From Octopus bimaculoides (Eukaryota), in contig NC_068984.1 in assembly GCF_001194135.2 (NCBI RefSeq), positions 99,457,333 to 99,521,332 of the forward strand: DNA of 64,000 nt. Direction: 5' to 3'. This document shows, in pieces, positions 39,472 through 52,965 of this stretch. The translations under genes and the position numbers were made by a program. Positions within the stretch are counted from its first letter, which is position 1. Each line of letters opens with the position of its first letter. A model generated the notes under the pieces. That model searched no databases. It was not told the origin of the DNA and was given only the letters and a program-made list of their open reading frames with translations.

Positions 39472-40499
39472 AAGAAAGAGTGTGTGACAGAAAGACTGAC
39501 TAAGCTACTTAGAGTTTACAATTTTTTTCCTTTCAATGTTTTGTGTAAAAAGAAACAGAAAAACAATGCATATTGGTATATTTATTTATGTAATTACATG
39601 TTTGTTTATATGTATTTCTTATATTCAGTTGCTACTTTTTCTTTGTGCGACATTATTCTTTTTTTCTTTTACTTCCTCGAAACACATTTATTTCCAGAAT
39701 AATCTTCCATCTGCTATCATCTACCAACTTCTATTTCATTCTTATTTTATTGTTCATTCTTGAAAGTGTTTTTACATATCTACTTTCATGAAGCTAAGAA
39801 ATAATTCATTTACCTATACACACACACATATGCACACATGTATGCATATTTACATGAAGCCTGCAATGTAAACAGAATACATGTTTTGTATTGTTCTTAT
39901 TTCTTTTTTTTTTCTTCCTTCTCTTATTCCTTTTACTTCACTTTGATAAAGTGTAGAGTCCAAAATGTTAGGTCCTCTTTTATTCCTTTCATTTGGTATA
40001 AATATTTTCATTGTATACATTCTTTGACTGTTGTTTTCTTTACATTCCCTACTTGTCTGTCATATCCTTGTCTAACTTGATAGCTTTATTTCTTTATCAC
40101 CTTCGTACTCCACTATCTTCCTTGTTTAACTTGTGTATCTCTTAACTAACTATCTGTCTGCTTGTCTGTCTATGTATCTGTGTGTGTATGCACACACAAA
40201 ATATGCATGTATCTTCTTTTTATTGTTTCAACCATCGGACTGCAGTCATGCTGGGGCACTTCCTTGGATGGTTTAGTTTAACAAATTGACCCCAGTACTT
40301 ATTTTTTAAGCCTGGTACTTTGTCCATCGGTCTCTTTTTACTGAATGCAAAGCTATGGTGATATAAACAAACCAACACTGGTTGTCAAGTAGCAGTGGGG
40401 GCCAAACACAAAGGCACACATAGATACATACACACACACACATACATGCACACACACATGCATGCACACACACACACACATGATGAGCTTCTTTCAGTT

Positions 40500-40790
40500 T
40501 CCATCTACCTGAGTCCAGTCATTCTGTGAGCTGTCCTTATAGTTGTTGTCTGGCCTGTGTACGGAACTGTGATCAGGCACCTATCTCTCCAATCTACTCC
40601 CAGATTGTTTGGTAAACCCATGAGTTTCTTCCAATCAATCTGATTGAAAGCTTTCTTATAGTTGATAAAGCAGATAAAGACTTCTTGATCATGCTCAGTG
40701 CTCCACTTTCCTAAAGTTCTCACAACAGTGATTATCTCTCTTGCTCCTATTCCTTTCCTGAAACCAAATTCGTCTCTCTCAATGAATCCT
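40500..40790 (-). mobile_element. LINE RT fragment (RTE-like)
   Basis: EVFICFINYKKAFNQIDWKKLMG...LGVDWRDRCLI. Confidence 0.7.
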
Positions 40791-41259
40791 TCAGCTTATA
40801 TACTTACAATTATAATCATACATCAGTGTTATATATGCATGTTAATATATATATATATATAAATTTAATATATATGTTAATATAGGCACAGGAGTGGTTG
40901 TGTGGTAAGAAGCTTGCTTCCCAATCACACGGTTCTGGGTTCAGTCCCACTGCATGGCACTTTGGGCAAGTGTCTTCTACTATAGTCTCGGCTGACCAAA
41001 GCCTTGTGAGTGGATTTGGTAGACAGAAACTGAAAGAAGCTCATGTATTTGTGTGTCTGTGTTTGTCCCTGCACCATTGCTTGACAACTGATGTTGGAGT
41101 GTTTACGTCCCCATAACTTAGTGATTCAGCAAAAGCGACCAATAGAATAAGCATTAGGCTTACAAAGAACAAGACCTGGGGTTGATTTGTTCAACTAAAG
41201 ATAATGCTCCAGCATGGCCAAAGCCAAATGTCTGAAACAAGTAAAAGAATAAAAGAATA

Positions 41260-42528
41260 TATTTGGTTGACAAGAAAGTAATTTCGTTTTTTTGCAAATA
41301 GATAGAGTTACAGTTATTTTGAATTACTTTTGTCAATGTCTTCCTTTTGACATTTGATTGCCATTACTTTTAGTTTACTTTAGAAGCAAATTGCATGTAA
41401 TTTTGTTTACAGCTCTTAGTTCAGTGTCAATTTTAATATGGAGTACAAAAATGAACATTTTTGCCATATTTTGCTTTTTATTTCCATAAAGACAAGAAAG
41501 CTGCTGAGGCTCACAAAGAGATATGTGAAGTTTATGGTGTTGATTGCTTAACAGAATGCATATATCAGGAATAATTTTTAAAATTCTGTTCTGGAGATTT
41601 TTCAATCAAAGACGACCAACGTTCTGGTCGACCTACTGAGGTTGATGATGACCGAATCAAGGCCATAATTGAAGCTGATTGCCATATAACTGTGCGAGAG
41701 GTTGCAGAGAAGTTAAATGTATCACACACAACAACTGAAAATCACTTAAAATGTCTTGGACTCGTTAAGAAGCTCGATATTTGGGTTCCACATAAATTGA
41801 AAGAGATTCACTTAACACAACGAATTAATATTTGCGATATGCATCTCAAACACCATGAAATCGTCCTTTTTTTTTAAGAGAATCATCACTGGTGATGAAA
41901 AATGAATTGTCTACAATAACATCAATCGAAAACGATCATGCTCTAAGTGTAATGAACCAGCACAAGCCACATCAAGAACTGAATTACGTCAAAAAAGGTC
42001 ATGCTGTAAATTTGGGGGGGTTCACAAACGTGTGTATTTTGAGCTGCTTCCAAGGAACCAAACAATCAATTCAGATGTTTACTGCCAATAACTAATGAAA
42101 CTGGAGGAAGCAATAAGAGAAAAAAACAGCCAGAATTGGCAAATCATAAAGGAATTGTGTTCCACCATAATAACACTAGACCACACAGGTCTTTGCTAAC
42201 TCATGAAAAATTACTGGAGCTTGTTTGGAAAGTAATGTCACATCCACCATATAGCCCTGACCTTGTACCATCAAATTACCATTTATTTCGAAGTTTGCAA
42301 AATTCTTTGAATGAATAAAACTTTCAATAATGATGATGACCTGTAATCACACTTGCTCCAGGATCAGAAGTTCTATGAGCATGAAATCATGAAGTTGCCA
42401 GAAAGATGGCCAAAGGTCATCGAACAAAATGGAAAATATATAATTGATTAAAGTTTATCCTTTGTATGACAAAATATGATTTTTATTTCACACTAAAAAA
42501 CCAAAATTACTTTCTTGCCAACCCAATA
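41260..42528 (+). mobile_element. Full-length but inactivated mariner element (~1.27 kb)
   Basis: TIRs tttggttgacaagaaagtaattt / aaattactttcttgccaacccaa in TA context; MEYKNEHFCHILLF, WVPHKL, TGDEK, HHNNTRPH, YSPDLVPSNYHLF; several stops and frameshifts. Confidence 0.9.
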
Positions 42529-42980
42529 TATAGATATATATATGTTAGTATATATAAAAATATATAGATGTTAATATATATATTATATATACATGTGTGT
42601 CTAACCATTTCCTTTTCTAATGTCTACTTTCTCTGTCAACCTAATTAATCAATCTATGCTTCTGATTGACCTGTTGCATTCTAGCCTCCTCCCTTTTTTG
42701 GACTATAGGTTTTGTTCATTTGATCAACACATGCTTTTGAGATATGCTGTCCAGCAGCATGGTGACATTAGCTCTTATGCAACATGGTGCTGCCTGAATA
42801 TTTGTGAGGTTCTCTGTTGTGTTTTGCAGTATTTTATATGTATTGCATGTTATACTTACATGCCTGTATAATGTTACAGTGCAATAAGGCCTCTTAATGA
42901 AGCAATTATAGTGAAACCATATAGTCTATTTATGTGTGTGTGTGTGTATGTGTGTGTGTATGTGTGTGTGTGTGTGTGTA

Positions 42981-43213
42981 CAGGATGCAGCATAAAGTTT
43001 TCCCCAATTTCAAAGGTTAATAAAAAAACAAGCACATGAAGGTACAAGAAAAACCGATGCTCTCCACTCCAGGCCAATGTGGGTACTATCTGAATCATAA
43101 AAACAAAATGGCATTCAATGAACTTCATAGAAATACAAAGTTTTTTCATTCATCTTCATGTGTTTGTTTTTTTATTAACCATTGAATTGGGGCAGCATTT
43201 CTGCCGCACCCTG
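42981..43213. mobile_element. Tc1/mariner-type MITE
   Basis: TA on both sides; imperfect TIRs caggatgcagcataaagttttccccaatt / aattggggcagcatttctgccgcaccctg. Confidence 0.65.
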
Positions 43214-43399
43214 TATATATATATATCTATATAGTTGGTGGAATAAACATCAAAGATGCTTTGCCCCATGCAGAAAATGCAGAAGCTACTCAGAGGTTTT
43301 GCAAGCTCCTCTAAATCTATCACAATGCTGGAAACTCCTCTGTATCATCAGTAAGTATCTTGAGGTCATGAGTGTTTCTTGCCTTAGTCTGACCTGAGT

Positions 43400-43830
43400 G
43401 GAGTAGCAAAGACTGATTTAGTTTTCATCTGCAGAAGGATTCTGTTTGCTTCCTTAATGGGGAAGGTGACCATGTGCCATCTTTTGACAAGGGCCTCATC
43501 AACCAAATCCCATTATCTGATTTTCTTTAGCTGGTGAAAAATACTGATTTTGTACTCCTGGAGAGCAGGAAGAACATTTGGTTAGTATGATGTTACTGCT
43601 GTTTCCTCTAGGAAGATGAGTTTGCTCTTTAGGTCCACTTGCATCTCCCAGTCTGAGGCCTTGCCATTACTTTTGATTTAGGAGCCTTGCTGCTTTCCCT
43701 TTGAAATCTGATTCACTTGGACCCATAAGCTTTTGCAGGTCTGTCTACTTGGCATTTTCTGTGAGGACCTTGTCATGCCTCCACTTGTATTGGACTTCTC
43801 TCAGTACCCTTGTGCATTCAGTCAAAATGT
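43400..43830 (-). mobile_element. HERO/R2-like LINE RLE-region remnant
   Basis: Minus strand LREVQYKWRHDKVL and downstream RLE-like pieces; decayed. Confidence 0.5.
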
Positions 43831-44377
43831 AGTTCAGTGTGCTATATATATACATGTGTGTGCATGCATGCGTGCATGTGCATGAGTGTTTGTGTCACCT
43901 TTTCTCCACATTGAGTGATAGTTGGATCACCATCATACAAATGATGTCCTTCATTTCCAGTCTCTTGTGAAAATAGGTCCAGCCCAGAGAACATATTTCC
44001 ATACTTTGAAATGACTAGGGATTGACAACAAGAAAAGCATCCAGTTGTAGAAAATTTGCATCAATGAATTCCAAATGGCCCATGCAACCTTGGAAAAGTG
44101 GGTGTTAAAATGATGATGATGATGATGATATAATATATATGTATACAATCCTACATATACACACATACATACATTTGTGTGTGTGTGTTTTGAGCGTGTT
44201 TCTGTGTATACATATATTTAGGTGCAGGAGTGGCTGTGTGGTAAGAAGCTTGCTTCCCAACCACATGGTTCTGGGTTCAGTCCCACTGCATGGCACTTTG
44301 GGCAAGTGTCTTCTATAGTCTCAGGCCGACCAAAGCCTTGTGAGTGGCTTTGGTCGACAGAAACTGAAAGAAGCCCT

Positions 44378-44412
<35 letters not shown>

Positions 44413-44879
44413 TATGTATTTGTGTATCTANNNNNNNNNNNNNNNNNNNNNNNNNNNNNNNNNNNNNNNNNNNNNNNNNNNNNNNNNNNNNNNNNNNNNN
44501 NNNNNNNNNNNNNNNNNNNNNNNNNNNNNNNNNNNNNNNNNNNNNNNNNNNNNNNNNNNNNNNNNNNNNNNNNNNNNNNNNNNNNNNNNNNNNNNNNNNN
44601 NNNNNNNNNNNNNNNNNNNNNNNNNNNNNNNNNNNNNNNNNNNNNNNNNNNNNNNNNNNNNNNNNNNNNNNNNNNNNNNNNNNNNNNNNNNNNNNNNNNN
44701 NNNNNNNNNNNNNNNNNNNNNNNNNNNNNNNNNNNNNNNNNNNNNNNNNNNNNNNNNNNNNNNNNNNNNNNNNNNNNNNNNNNNNNNNNNNNNNNNNNNN
44801 NNNNNNNNNNNNNNNNNNNNNNNNNNNNNNNNNNNNNNNNNNNNNATATATATATATATATATATATAATATAATATGA

Positions 44880-47804
44880 TAATATATAAAACAGAGATGT
44901 GTGCATATTCACTTTTCATGCGAAAATGTCTTCACCAATTGCTTTCATACTTGTAATGCATGAATAATTTGACCTCAGACAAATAATAGGATGTTCATTT
45001 GATTTTTTTTATTAAAAATTATAAAAAAAATTTTGCTTTTTATATTACCTTCATGTCTTTGAAAGTTTTTAAAATATTTACTTATGGTTTTCTAGCATCA
45101 GTGACGTAACATATTGGTTTATGTATATCTCTCTATCCATCTCTCTCTATCTATCTCTGTCTCTCTGTAACATATCTCTCTATCTATCTCTGTCTCTCTG
45201 TAACATATCTCTCTATCTATATCTTTTGTCTTCACTTTCATTTATCAGATGCTATTCTTTTCATTTTCAATTTTCACAAACCATTGTTTAATTTCCTTGT
45301 TATTGTTTTTATTATAAGTCAAAGTTTTGAATTGCTATTCACAAACAAGCAATGACAAATTACAGACAGAAAGAAGTTCACAATTACTAATGCAAGTAAT
45401 TTCATAATTTACTGACAGAAGTATCTTCATAAATTTCACTTCAATACATATGGTTTTGTGTTTTTCTGTTGTTGACGGTTTCTTTCTGGTTCCTTCGATA
45501 CTGGCTCTTTGATTCACTGAATGACAAATTTTGCTTCAACCCGTACAATGCTTTATTGTCCATTAAAATTTCTTATTTACTTTCTGCCCATCATATTAAA
45601 AAACACACATATATAACCATGCGTAAAAGGAAAGTGTTAAATGTGTATGTATAACTACAAATTTCTGCTCCCCACCCCATTTTGGATGATCCTAACTTTC
45701 AGAAAAATGGATATTTTTTAATAAAATTTTTACAAACATGTGTTATATCATGTAGATTCCGAATATACAAAATATTGGGGGGAGAGAGCAGCATTTTAGG
45801 AGCAGGTAAGGAATTTCAGAAAATTCACTGGAGTCTACCTCAATTCATCTTAACTTTCAAGAAAATGGATATTTTTTTAATGAAATTTTCTACAAATACA
45901 CCTCGAACTATGCAGATTCCAAGGACATAGGAATTGGGTGGGGGGGAAAGACAGTTGGTGGTTATTTTTGAGAACTGTCCCCCACTCGGGAGTGTTTTGG
46001 AACAAGTTGTATATATTTGTTTCATTTTCTTCATTTTGTGTGCTTGTGCATCTGTAGATTTCTACTGAAGCAACAAACAGGCAATGAAGGCAAATGAAGC
46101 CCTCATCAGAAAACTCGTTATGCTAAAAATAACATCTGAAGATCTGGTACACAGAAATATGTTATTAAGATGACTCATCTGTTGCTTATGGTTTTTTTTT
46201 TCACGTTAAGTAAATTCCCAGGTAAACGTTTCTAATAGAAAGGCAGAAGACACCAGAAGCAAAAATAAGGAATATACACACACAGTTAAATATAGAAGTG
46301 TAAAATATAATTTGTTACATAATCTCTGTAATAAACATTATATTGAATGGAATAAGTCCCTGTCTGAACTTTTTTAATTACATATGTGTGTGTGTGTGTG
46401 TGTGGTTGAAAACACACAAAACGGAGAAAATGAAACAAATATGGACAACTTGTTCTGAAACACCCCTGTGTGGGGAACAGTTCTCAAAAATAACCCCCAA
46501 TTGTTTTTCCCCAAAATTCCTATGTCCTCAGAATCTACGTAGTCTGGGGTATATTTGTAGAGAATTTCATTAAACAAAATTAGACAGTACAATGCTGCAC
46601 TACAGATGACACCATTTGGATCCACAAGAGATTTATAACTGAACCAGGATTCATGCAAACTTTCAAGGTCCAAGGTCAGATTTAACATCGGATTGGCTCT
46701 CTACTACCTCTGTCAAATGAATCACCAAATTCCTTCAAATATATTTTATGAGTGATTCTCAACAAGAAGAGCAAAAGAGGTGCAAGAACATTTCCAGCAT
46801 CAGGATGAACATTCTAGTGTCTCTGCAAAAGATGCTCCAAGCTCTGTCAAGATGATGAATTTGCTATAAGACTGCTATACAATGAAGTTTCACAATTCTA
46901 TACCTGGTACCAAAACAAATGGAAAAGGTGTGTACTTGGGCACCCACACATCATCCAGGAATCAAGAAATCAGACACACTTGGCAGTCTATGTTGTCCAT
47001 CCCAACTACTCAGAGTACTACTATCTAAAGCTTCCATTACACCACATCATTTACAGCCTTATGTATGGTTGATAACACACTATGTCAAACATATCACTAG
47101 GCTTGCCATCTCAGAGGTCTTCTGGAAGATGATGCAAACTGGGATACCACTCTTACAGAGGCACAAATGTGCAAGTCTCCTTTGCAGCTGAGAAACCTCT
47201 TCTCCATCATGGCAATATGATGGGTGCAGTCTATAAAGGTGGTGGGACTTACCCTCCTTCAACCTAGCGTCTCACATGGTCAGCTGTATGTTGGATGTTC
47301 TAGAGTTGGAGATGAAAAGAAACTCTACATACTCAGACAGAAAACACAGTATATGAAGAAGCACTTACATGAATAGTAGGTCCATGTCATATACAGAAGT
47401 GTAAAACCATTGAGTGTAAAAGTATTACTATTACACTTTCACTTTTCGACTGACATACATGAATGTATATCTGTGTGTATAAAAGTGAAACAATAATGGA
47501 ATATATTCGCTGTCTGTTTGTATGTGTGTACTCTATGCACGGCCTTTCATTGTTTATAATACGTACCTGTTTTCTGGTTACGAAATAAGTTAGACAAACG
47601 TGTATTTCCTTTATATACATATATGAGTTGAAAACTTTCTTTTCACATTTCTCTTAACGTCAATGTTCCATGTTGGTATAGGTTGCAAAGTTATGTAGAA
47701 AGTTGGTATCTCAGCTACTAGCAGTTGAGACCTGCGTAATCTAGACAGCGTTTTAATATTTCATTATTTTCTTTAACCTGAGCAACGCTGGGTATTTCTG
47801 CTAG
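44880..47804 (+). mobile_element. Internally deleted, decayed Helitron
   Basis: 5' tatataaaacagagatgt shared with 52736; Rep-region IRQYNAALQMTPFGS..EPGFMQTFKVQGQI, HHPGIKKSDTLG, CQTYH*ACHLRGLLEDDANWDTTL; helicase end VSHGQLYVGCSRVG; 3' hairpin cctgagcaacgctggg then CTAG (47801-47804) followed by T. Confidence 0.85.
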
Positions 47805-47836
47805 TATGTATGTATGTATGTATGTATGTATGTATG

Positions 47837-47871
<35 letters not shown>

Positions 47872-47892
47872 ATATATATATATATATATATG

Positions 47893-47930
<38 letters not shown>

Positions 47931-47980
47931 TGTATATATATGGTGCATATATATATGTATGTGTGTGTGTGTGTGTGGTA
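47805..47980. repeat. Compound (TATG)n(TATC)n(TA)n(TG)n microsatellite abutting the Helitron 3' end
   Basis: Directly visible. Confidence 0.95.
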
Positions 47981-48506
47981 TATATTTAACATGTAAAACG
48001 TGTAAATAAATTATCATGTCACAGAAAAATAATGATAAAACTGCATATGTAAAACAAGATGTGCACTTTAATGGTGGTGGTGTTGGTGTTTGTGGTAGGG
48101 GTGTAATATGTGTTGTATACAAATAAGAAGCCAAGTAAAAGTGCATACATCAGTGCATGGAAGTTTCTGTTATGGCTGTCACATATAAAAAAAAATAAAT
48201 TATAATTATATCCTATAACTTCATTACTGTCACTTTTAGATTCTATTTCAGTGTTAGACACTATTTTTTAATTGATGCCTTTCTTGTTTATAAAGCAGCA
48301 TTTGATGACTCCTCAGTGTAACTAGCTCTGCTAGAAATTATAACTGAATCTCTTTCAAACTGCACACACACACACTGTCACAGACTTCTGTTTTTAAAAT
48401 AGATTTTTTCAAATTTTGAAAAATATTCTAGATAAGGCATAGAATGGGCATGACTGAAATGCCTTTGATTCTTCGTTTGCCATAATCAGGTCCAACTTGG
48501 AGTTAA

Positions 48507-48721
48507 CCCTTTAGCATTTAGACTACTCTATTGAATGCGATGCTTGTTTGTCTACATTGTTTTAAATTAATCATGTGTTATCTCATAGCTTCAAGATTTT
48601 AAAGATGTGATTCTCTATTTTTATAATAACATATTGTGGTACGTGTGAAAGGCCAGATCTGGCTGATCTGTGCATAAAATAGACTTGGGTCAGATATGTC
48701 CAGTTTAAATGCTAAAGAGGG
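48507..48721. mobile_element. piggyBac-like MITE
   Basis: ttaa|ccctttagcattta ... taaatgctaaagaggg|ttac. Confidence 0.55.
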
Positions 48722-49054
48722 TTACACAATAACAAGAACTGCTATTGTTACTTTAGTCATAACTTGATGATAGTTTCTTGACCTGGGGCTAAACAACAAC
48801 ATACCCCAGAGTGAAACAAAGAGAAAAAATGTATGTGGTTGTTTACTTGTTAGAAATAGCAGCCAAATCTTCCTGCTTATATTCTTGAAAAGGGAAAGAA
48901 GATATATTGCATGACATTTTTCTCTGCATCCCCCAAAAAAGACAAAATGGATCTTGCCTGGGACACCTTTGATCCTAGGATTGCTTGATCAAGGTTGTCT
49001 TGGGGTTAAACAACAACAGTAATAATGGTAACATTATCACCACAACTACTAACA

Positions 49055-49211
49055 TCACCACCACCACCACCAACAACAACAGCTATTACAATTTCAGCCA
49101 CAAAAACCACCACCACCGTCACTGCTGCTGATGTTACTACTGCTGCTGCTACTACTACTACTACTACTACCACCACTACCACTACTACTACTGCTACTAC
49201 TACTACTACCA

Positions 49212-49246
<35 letters not shown>

Positions 49247-49250
49247 GTTT
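49055..49250. repeat. (ACC)/(ACT)/(GCT) trinucleotide repeat tract
   Basis: Directly visible; explains the poly-T/V/L ORFs. Confidence 0.9.
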
Positions 49251-49854
49251 CAACAAGCAACAAAGCTTCTTCAAATCCTTTTTTTTTTACCATTCTTAAC
49301 ACAAGGCCAATGAACCAATGAAGGGATCACTGCTTCAAGAACTGAAGATCTCTCTGCTAGAAGGAAAATTATGTCGAGATATATATTTAAGAGGAAATTT
49401 CATAAAAGCTATATATAAAAGGTTCTTGTTTACACAGGCACAGGTGTAGCTGTGGGGCAAGAAGCTTGCTTCCCAACCACATGGTTCTGGGTTCAGTCCC
49501 ACTGCATGGCACCTTGGGAAAGTGCTTTCTACTATAGCCTCAGGTCTACCAAAGCCTTATGAATAGATTTGGTAGATAGAAACTGAAAGAAACCTGTCAT
49601 GTATATGTGTGTTTGTGTGTATGTGTGTGTGTTTATCCTCCCACCATTGCTTTGACAACTGGTGCTGGTGTTTACGCCCCCATAACTTAGTGGTCTGGCA
49701 AAAAAGACTATTAGAATAAGTACTAGGCTTTAAAAGAAATCTAATCTGCGGTCAATTTGTTCCACTAAAAATCCTTCAAGGTGGTGACCATATTCCCTTT
49801 TCTCGCCTATCCAATGAAATATATATAAATTTACTTCTTGTTTCTCTAAGAACA

Positions 49855-50270
49855 GACATAAACTTCCTGTTGACAAAGAGTCCAGAACTCCAACTAAAGA
49901 GTATAAAACCCACAGAATTGTCTTCCCTTACATACACTTCCTGTTTTGACACCACACTTCCTGTTTAACACAAACTCTCAGCTTTTTTTTAAATACAACA
50001 CCATTCTTAATTCCATGCATCTTAATCTATCTAACAATTATCTACATGGATTACCATTGAACTTTAAAAACTCAAAGACAATATAATGTGTTGGTATATT
50101 TATTTTTTTATATATTTTTTATATTTTTGTAAAAAACATTATTTTCATTTTCCCTCTTCTTGAAAATTTGCCATGCAATCAAAGCTGGTTAGAAATCCTT
50201 TTTAATCCTCCTTATACACATCTATATTAAAATATGCTTTCAGTTTAGCATTCTGCCTTATTATTATTAT
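49855..50270. repeat. Second copy of the 6128-6513 interspersed repeat
   Basis: Collinear match from gtccagaactccaactaaaga to cagtttagcattctgccttattatt. Confidence 0.85.
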
Positions 50271-50569
50271 TTTTTATTTTTCTTCCACGTGTGGTTAACA
50301 CAACCCCACCATTTACTGACATATATATATATATAGATATATATATATATATATATGACTGGCTTCTTTCAGTTTCCATCTACCACGTCCACTCACAATG
50401 CTCTAGTTGGCCCAAGGCTGTAGTAGAAGACACTTGCCCAAGGTGTCATGCAGTGAGACTGTACTTGGAACCGTATGATTGGAAAATTAAGCTCCTTCAG
50501 ACACAGCTACACCTGCACCTATAAAAAGTATTTTTAAAAAATCCAAAACATAAAGAAAGGAACAGAAAA

Positions 50570-50740
50570 ACTTTTCCCATGGCCAATAAGAACTGGTTGA
50601 CAAATTTCTCTCATGGCCACAAAGAACTGGTCCACAACCCTCTCCCATAGCATCTAAGAACTAGTCTACTAATCTCTCTCATGACTTCAAAGAACTCATC
50701 AACAGACCTCTCCTGTGGTCAATAAGAATGTTCAACAAAT
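50570..50740. repeat. Degenerate ~34-bp tandem repeat x5 (tctcccatggccaataagaactggtcgacaaat-like)
   Basis: Repeated ctc(c/t)catgg....aagaactggt units. Confidence 0.65.
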
Positions 50741-51884
50741 AACTTATAATAGTTAGTGTGAAAGAGAGTGTTTGTAACCAAGTCAATGAGTTAAGATGAA
50801 ATACTTTGGTACTGTAAGGTGTATAAAGTTTGAGTATATATGCAAAGAATCCTCATTGCTTCATTCTTCCTGTTGTTTAACCCTAAGTCTATCCTATTTG
50901 AACAAATAATACAAACCTATAATAAGTATTTCAGGCATGGTAATCATGTGTTCTTAAGGATGATAATCCAATGTGTCCTTTCTTTATAATGGGAAGTAGC
51001 AGGAAATTTGGCTGCTACTTCTAGCTGGTCAAGCTACCACATAATCTTCAATATTAACTTTTTGCTAGTGCTTATCATCAGTTCTACTCTGAATCAACAA
51101 AGCTATGATGAAAGGTGTCTAACCTCAGACTCTGCCACAAAAATATGCAGAGTTCTTTACTAACTTAAACAATATTGTTAATCTGGTGTACTATCTGAGA
51201 GCTTATAGAGTATCTCTCTGTGTTTGTCCCCCACCACTGCTTGACAACCAGTGTTGGTGTGTTTATGTTCTTGTGATATAGTGGTTTGGCAAAAATGACC
51301 AATAGAATAAGTATCATAAAAAAAAGATACTCGGGTTGATTCATTTGACCTAAAATTCTGCAACGCGGTACCCCAGCATGACTGTAGTCTAATTACTGAA
51401 ACAAGAAAAAGAGTAAAAGCATTTAAAAAAGTATATATAGTTGTATGTATGTGTTCCTAAATGGCTGACTCTGCCCAGTATAATTATTTCAGTTTCACCA
51501 CTCAATCTCAGATAAAGCCAAGAGACAAACAAGAACAACTCCAAAATCTTGTCTTCAGATCTCTATTTTCTTTGCATTGGGATTGACTTTCTTTTCCTTC
51601 TTTATTATTTTTCTTTTATATCAGCAATGTCATAGAAAACAGGCTGAGCCTAACAACATTACCTTATTGATTGTTGAAACAAATTTCAACACCTCCATGT
51701 CTTTTCTACAGCTGTTACACATTTCTGCTTATGTATTTTTTATGTCTTCTTTAAACTAAATACAGAAGAGTTTGAGACAACAATGCAATGTTGTAAACTG
51801 TCAGTCTGTGTAATATAATATTTCTACAACTAAAGGTTCTACTTAAGAGTGAGCAGAAAAAGGAAGAATCTCATTATATATGTA

Positions 51885-51917
<33 letters not shown>

Positions 51918-52735
51918 NNNNNNNNNNNNNNNNNNNNNNNNNNNNNNNNNNNNNNNNNNNNNNNNNNNNNNNNNNNNNNNNNNNNNNNNNNNNNNNNNNN
52001 NNNNNNNNNNNNNNNNNNNNNNNNNNNNNNNNNNNNNNNNNNNNNNNNNNNNNNNNNNNNNNNNNNNNNNNNNNNNNNNNNNNNNNNNNNNNNNNNNNNN
52101 NNNNNNNNNNNNNNNNNNNNNNNNNNNNNNNNNNNNNNNNNNNNNNNNNNNNNNNNNNNNNNNNNNNNNNNNNNNNNNNNNNNNNNNNNNNNNNNNNNNN
52201 NNNNNNNNNNNNNNNNNNNNNNNNNNNNNNNNNNNNNNNNNNNNNNNNNNNNNNNNNNNNNNNNNNNNNNNNNNNNNNNNNNNNNNNNNNNNNNNNNNNN
52301 NNNNNNNNNNNNNNNNNNNNNNNNNNNNNNNNNNNNNNNNNNNNNNNNNNNNNNNNNNNNNNNNNNNNNNNNNNNNNNNNNNNNNNNNNNNNNNNNNNNN
52401 NNNNNNNNNNNNNNNNNNNNNNNNNNNNNNNNNNNNNNNNNNNNNNNNNNNNNNNNNNNNNNNNNNNNNNNNNNNNNNNNNNNNNNNNNNNNNNNNNNNN
52501 NNNNNNNNNNNNNNNNNNNNNNNNNNNNNNNNNNNNNNNNNNNNNNNNNNNNNNNNNNNNNNNNNNNNNNNNNNNNNNNNNNNNNNNNNNNNNNNNNNNN
52601 NNNNNNNNNNNNNNNNNNNNNNNNNNNNNNNNNNNNNNNNNNNNNNNNNNNNNNNNNNNNNNNNNNNNNNNNNNNNNNNNNNNNNNNNNNNNNNNNNNNN
52701 NNNNNNNNNNNNNNNNNNNNNNNNNNNNNNNNAAA

Positions 52736-52965
52736 TCTATACTATATATAAAACAGAGATGTGTGTGTAATCGACTTCACCAAATGCTTCCATACTTGTG
52801 ATGCGTGAATAATTTGACCTCGGATAAATGTTAGGCTCTTCATTTGATTTTTTTGATTAAAAATAAATAATATTGCTTTATATTTAAGATTCACTTCTTT
52901 AAAATGTTTCCTCAATGTCAACTTCCGGTATTGACGTAAGAACGGCAAAAAGCTTCACTCTCTAT
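52736..52965 (+). mobile_element. Helitron 5' terminal segment
   Basis: a|TCTATACTATATATAAAACAGAG; homologous to the 44880 Helitron start and to the reverse complement of 54385-54636. Confidence 0.75.

Noticed and set aside
30912-49321. Poly-Leu/Val/Thr/Ile ORFs at 30912-31177 and 49006-49321
   Set aside because: Translations of trinucleotide microsatellites.
20052-50740. Short periodic repeats (20052, 35587, 50570) as CRISPR-like arrays
   Set aside because: Head-to-tail minisatellites with no unique spacers, in eukaryotic DNA with no cas genes.
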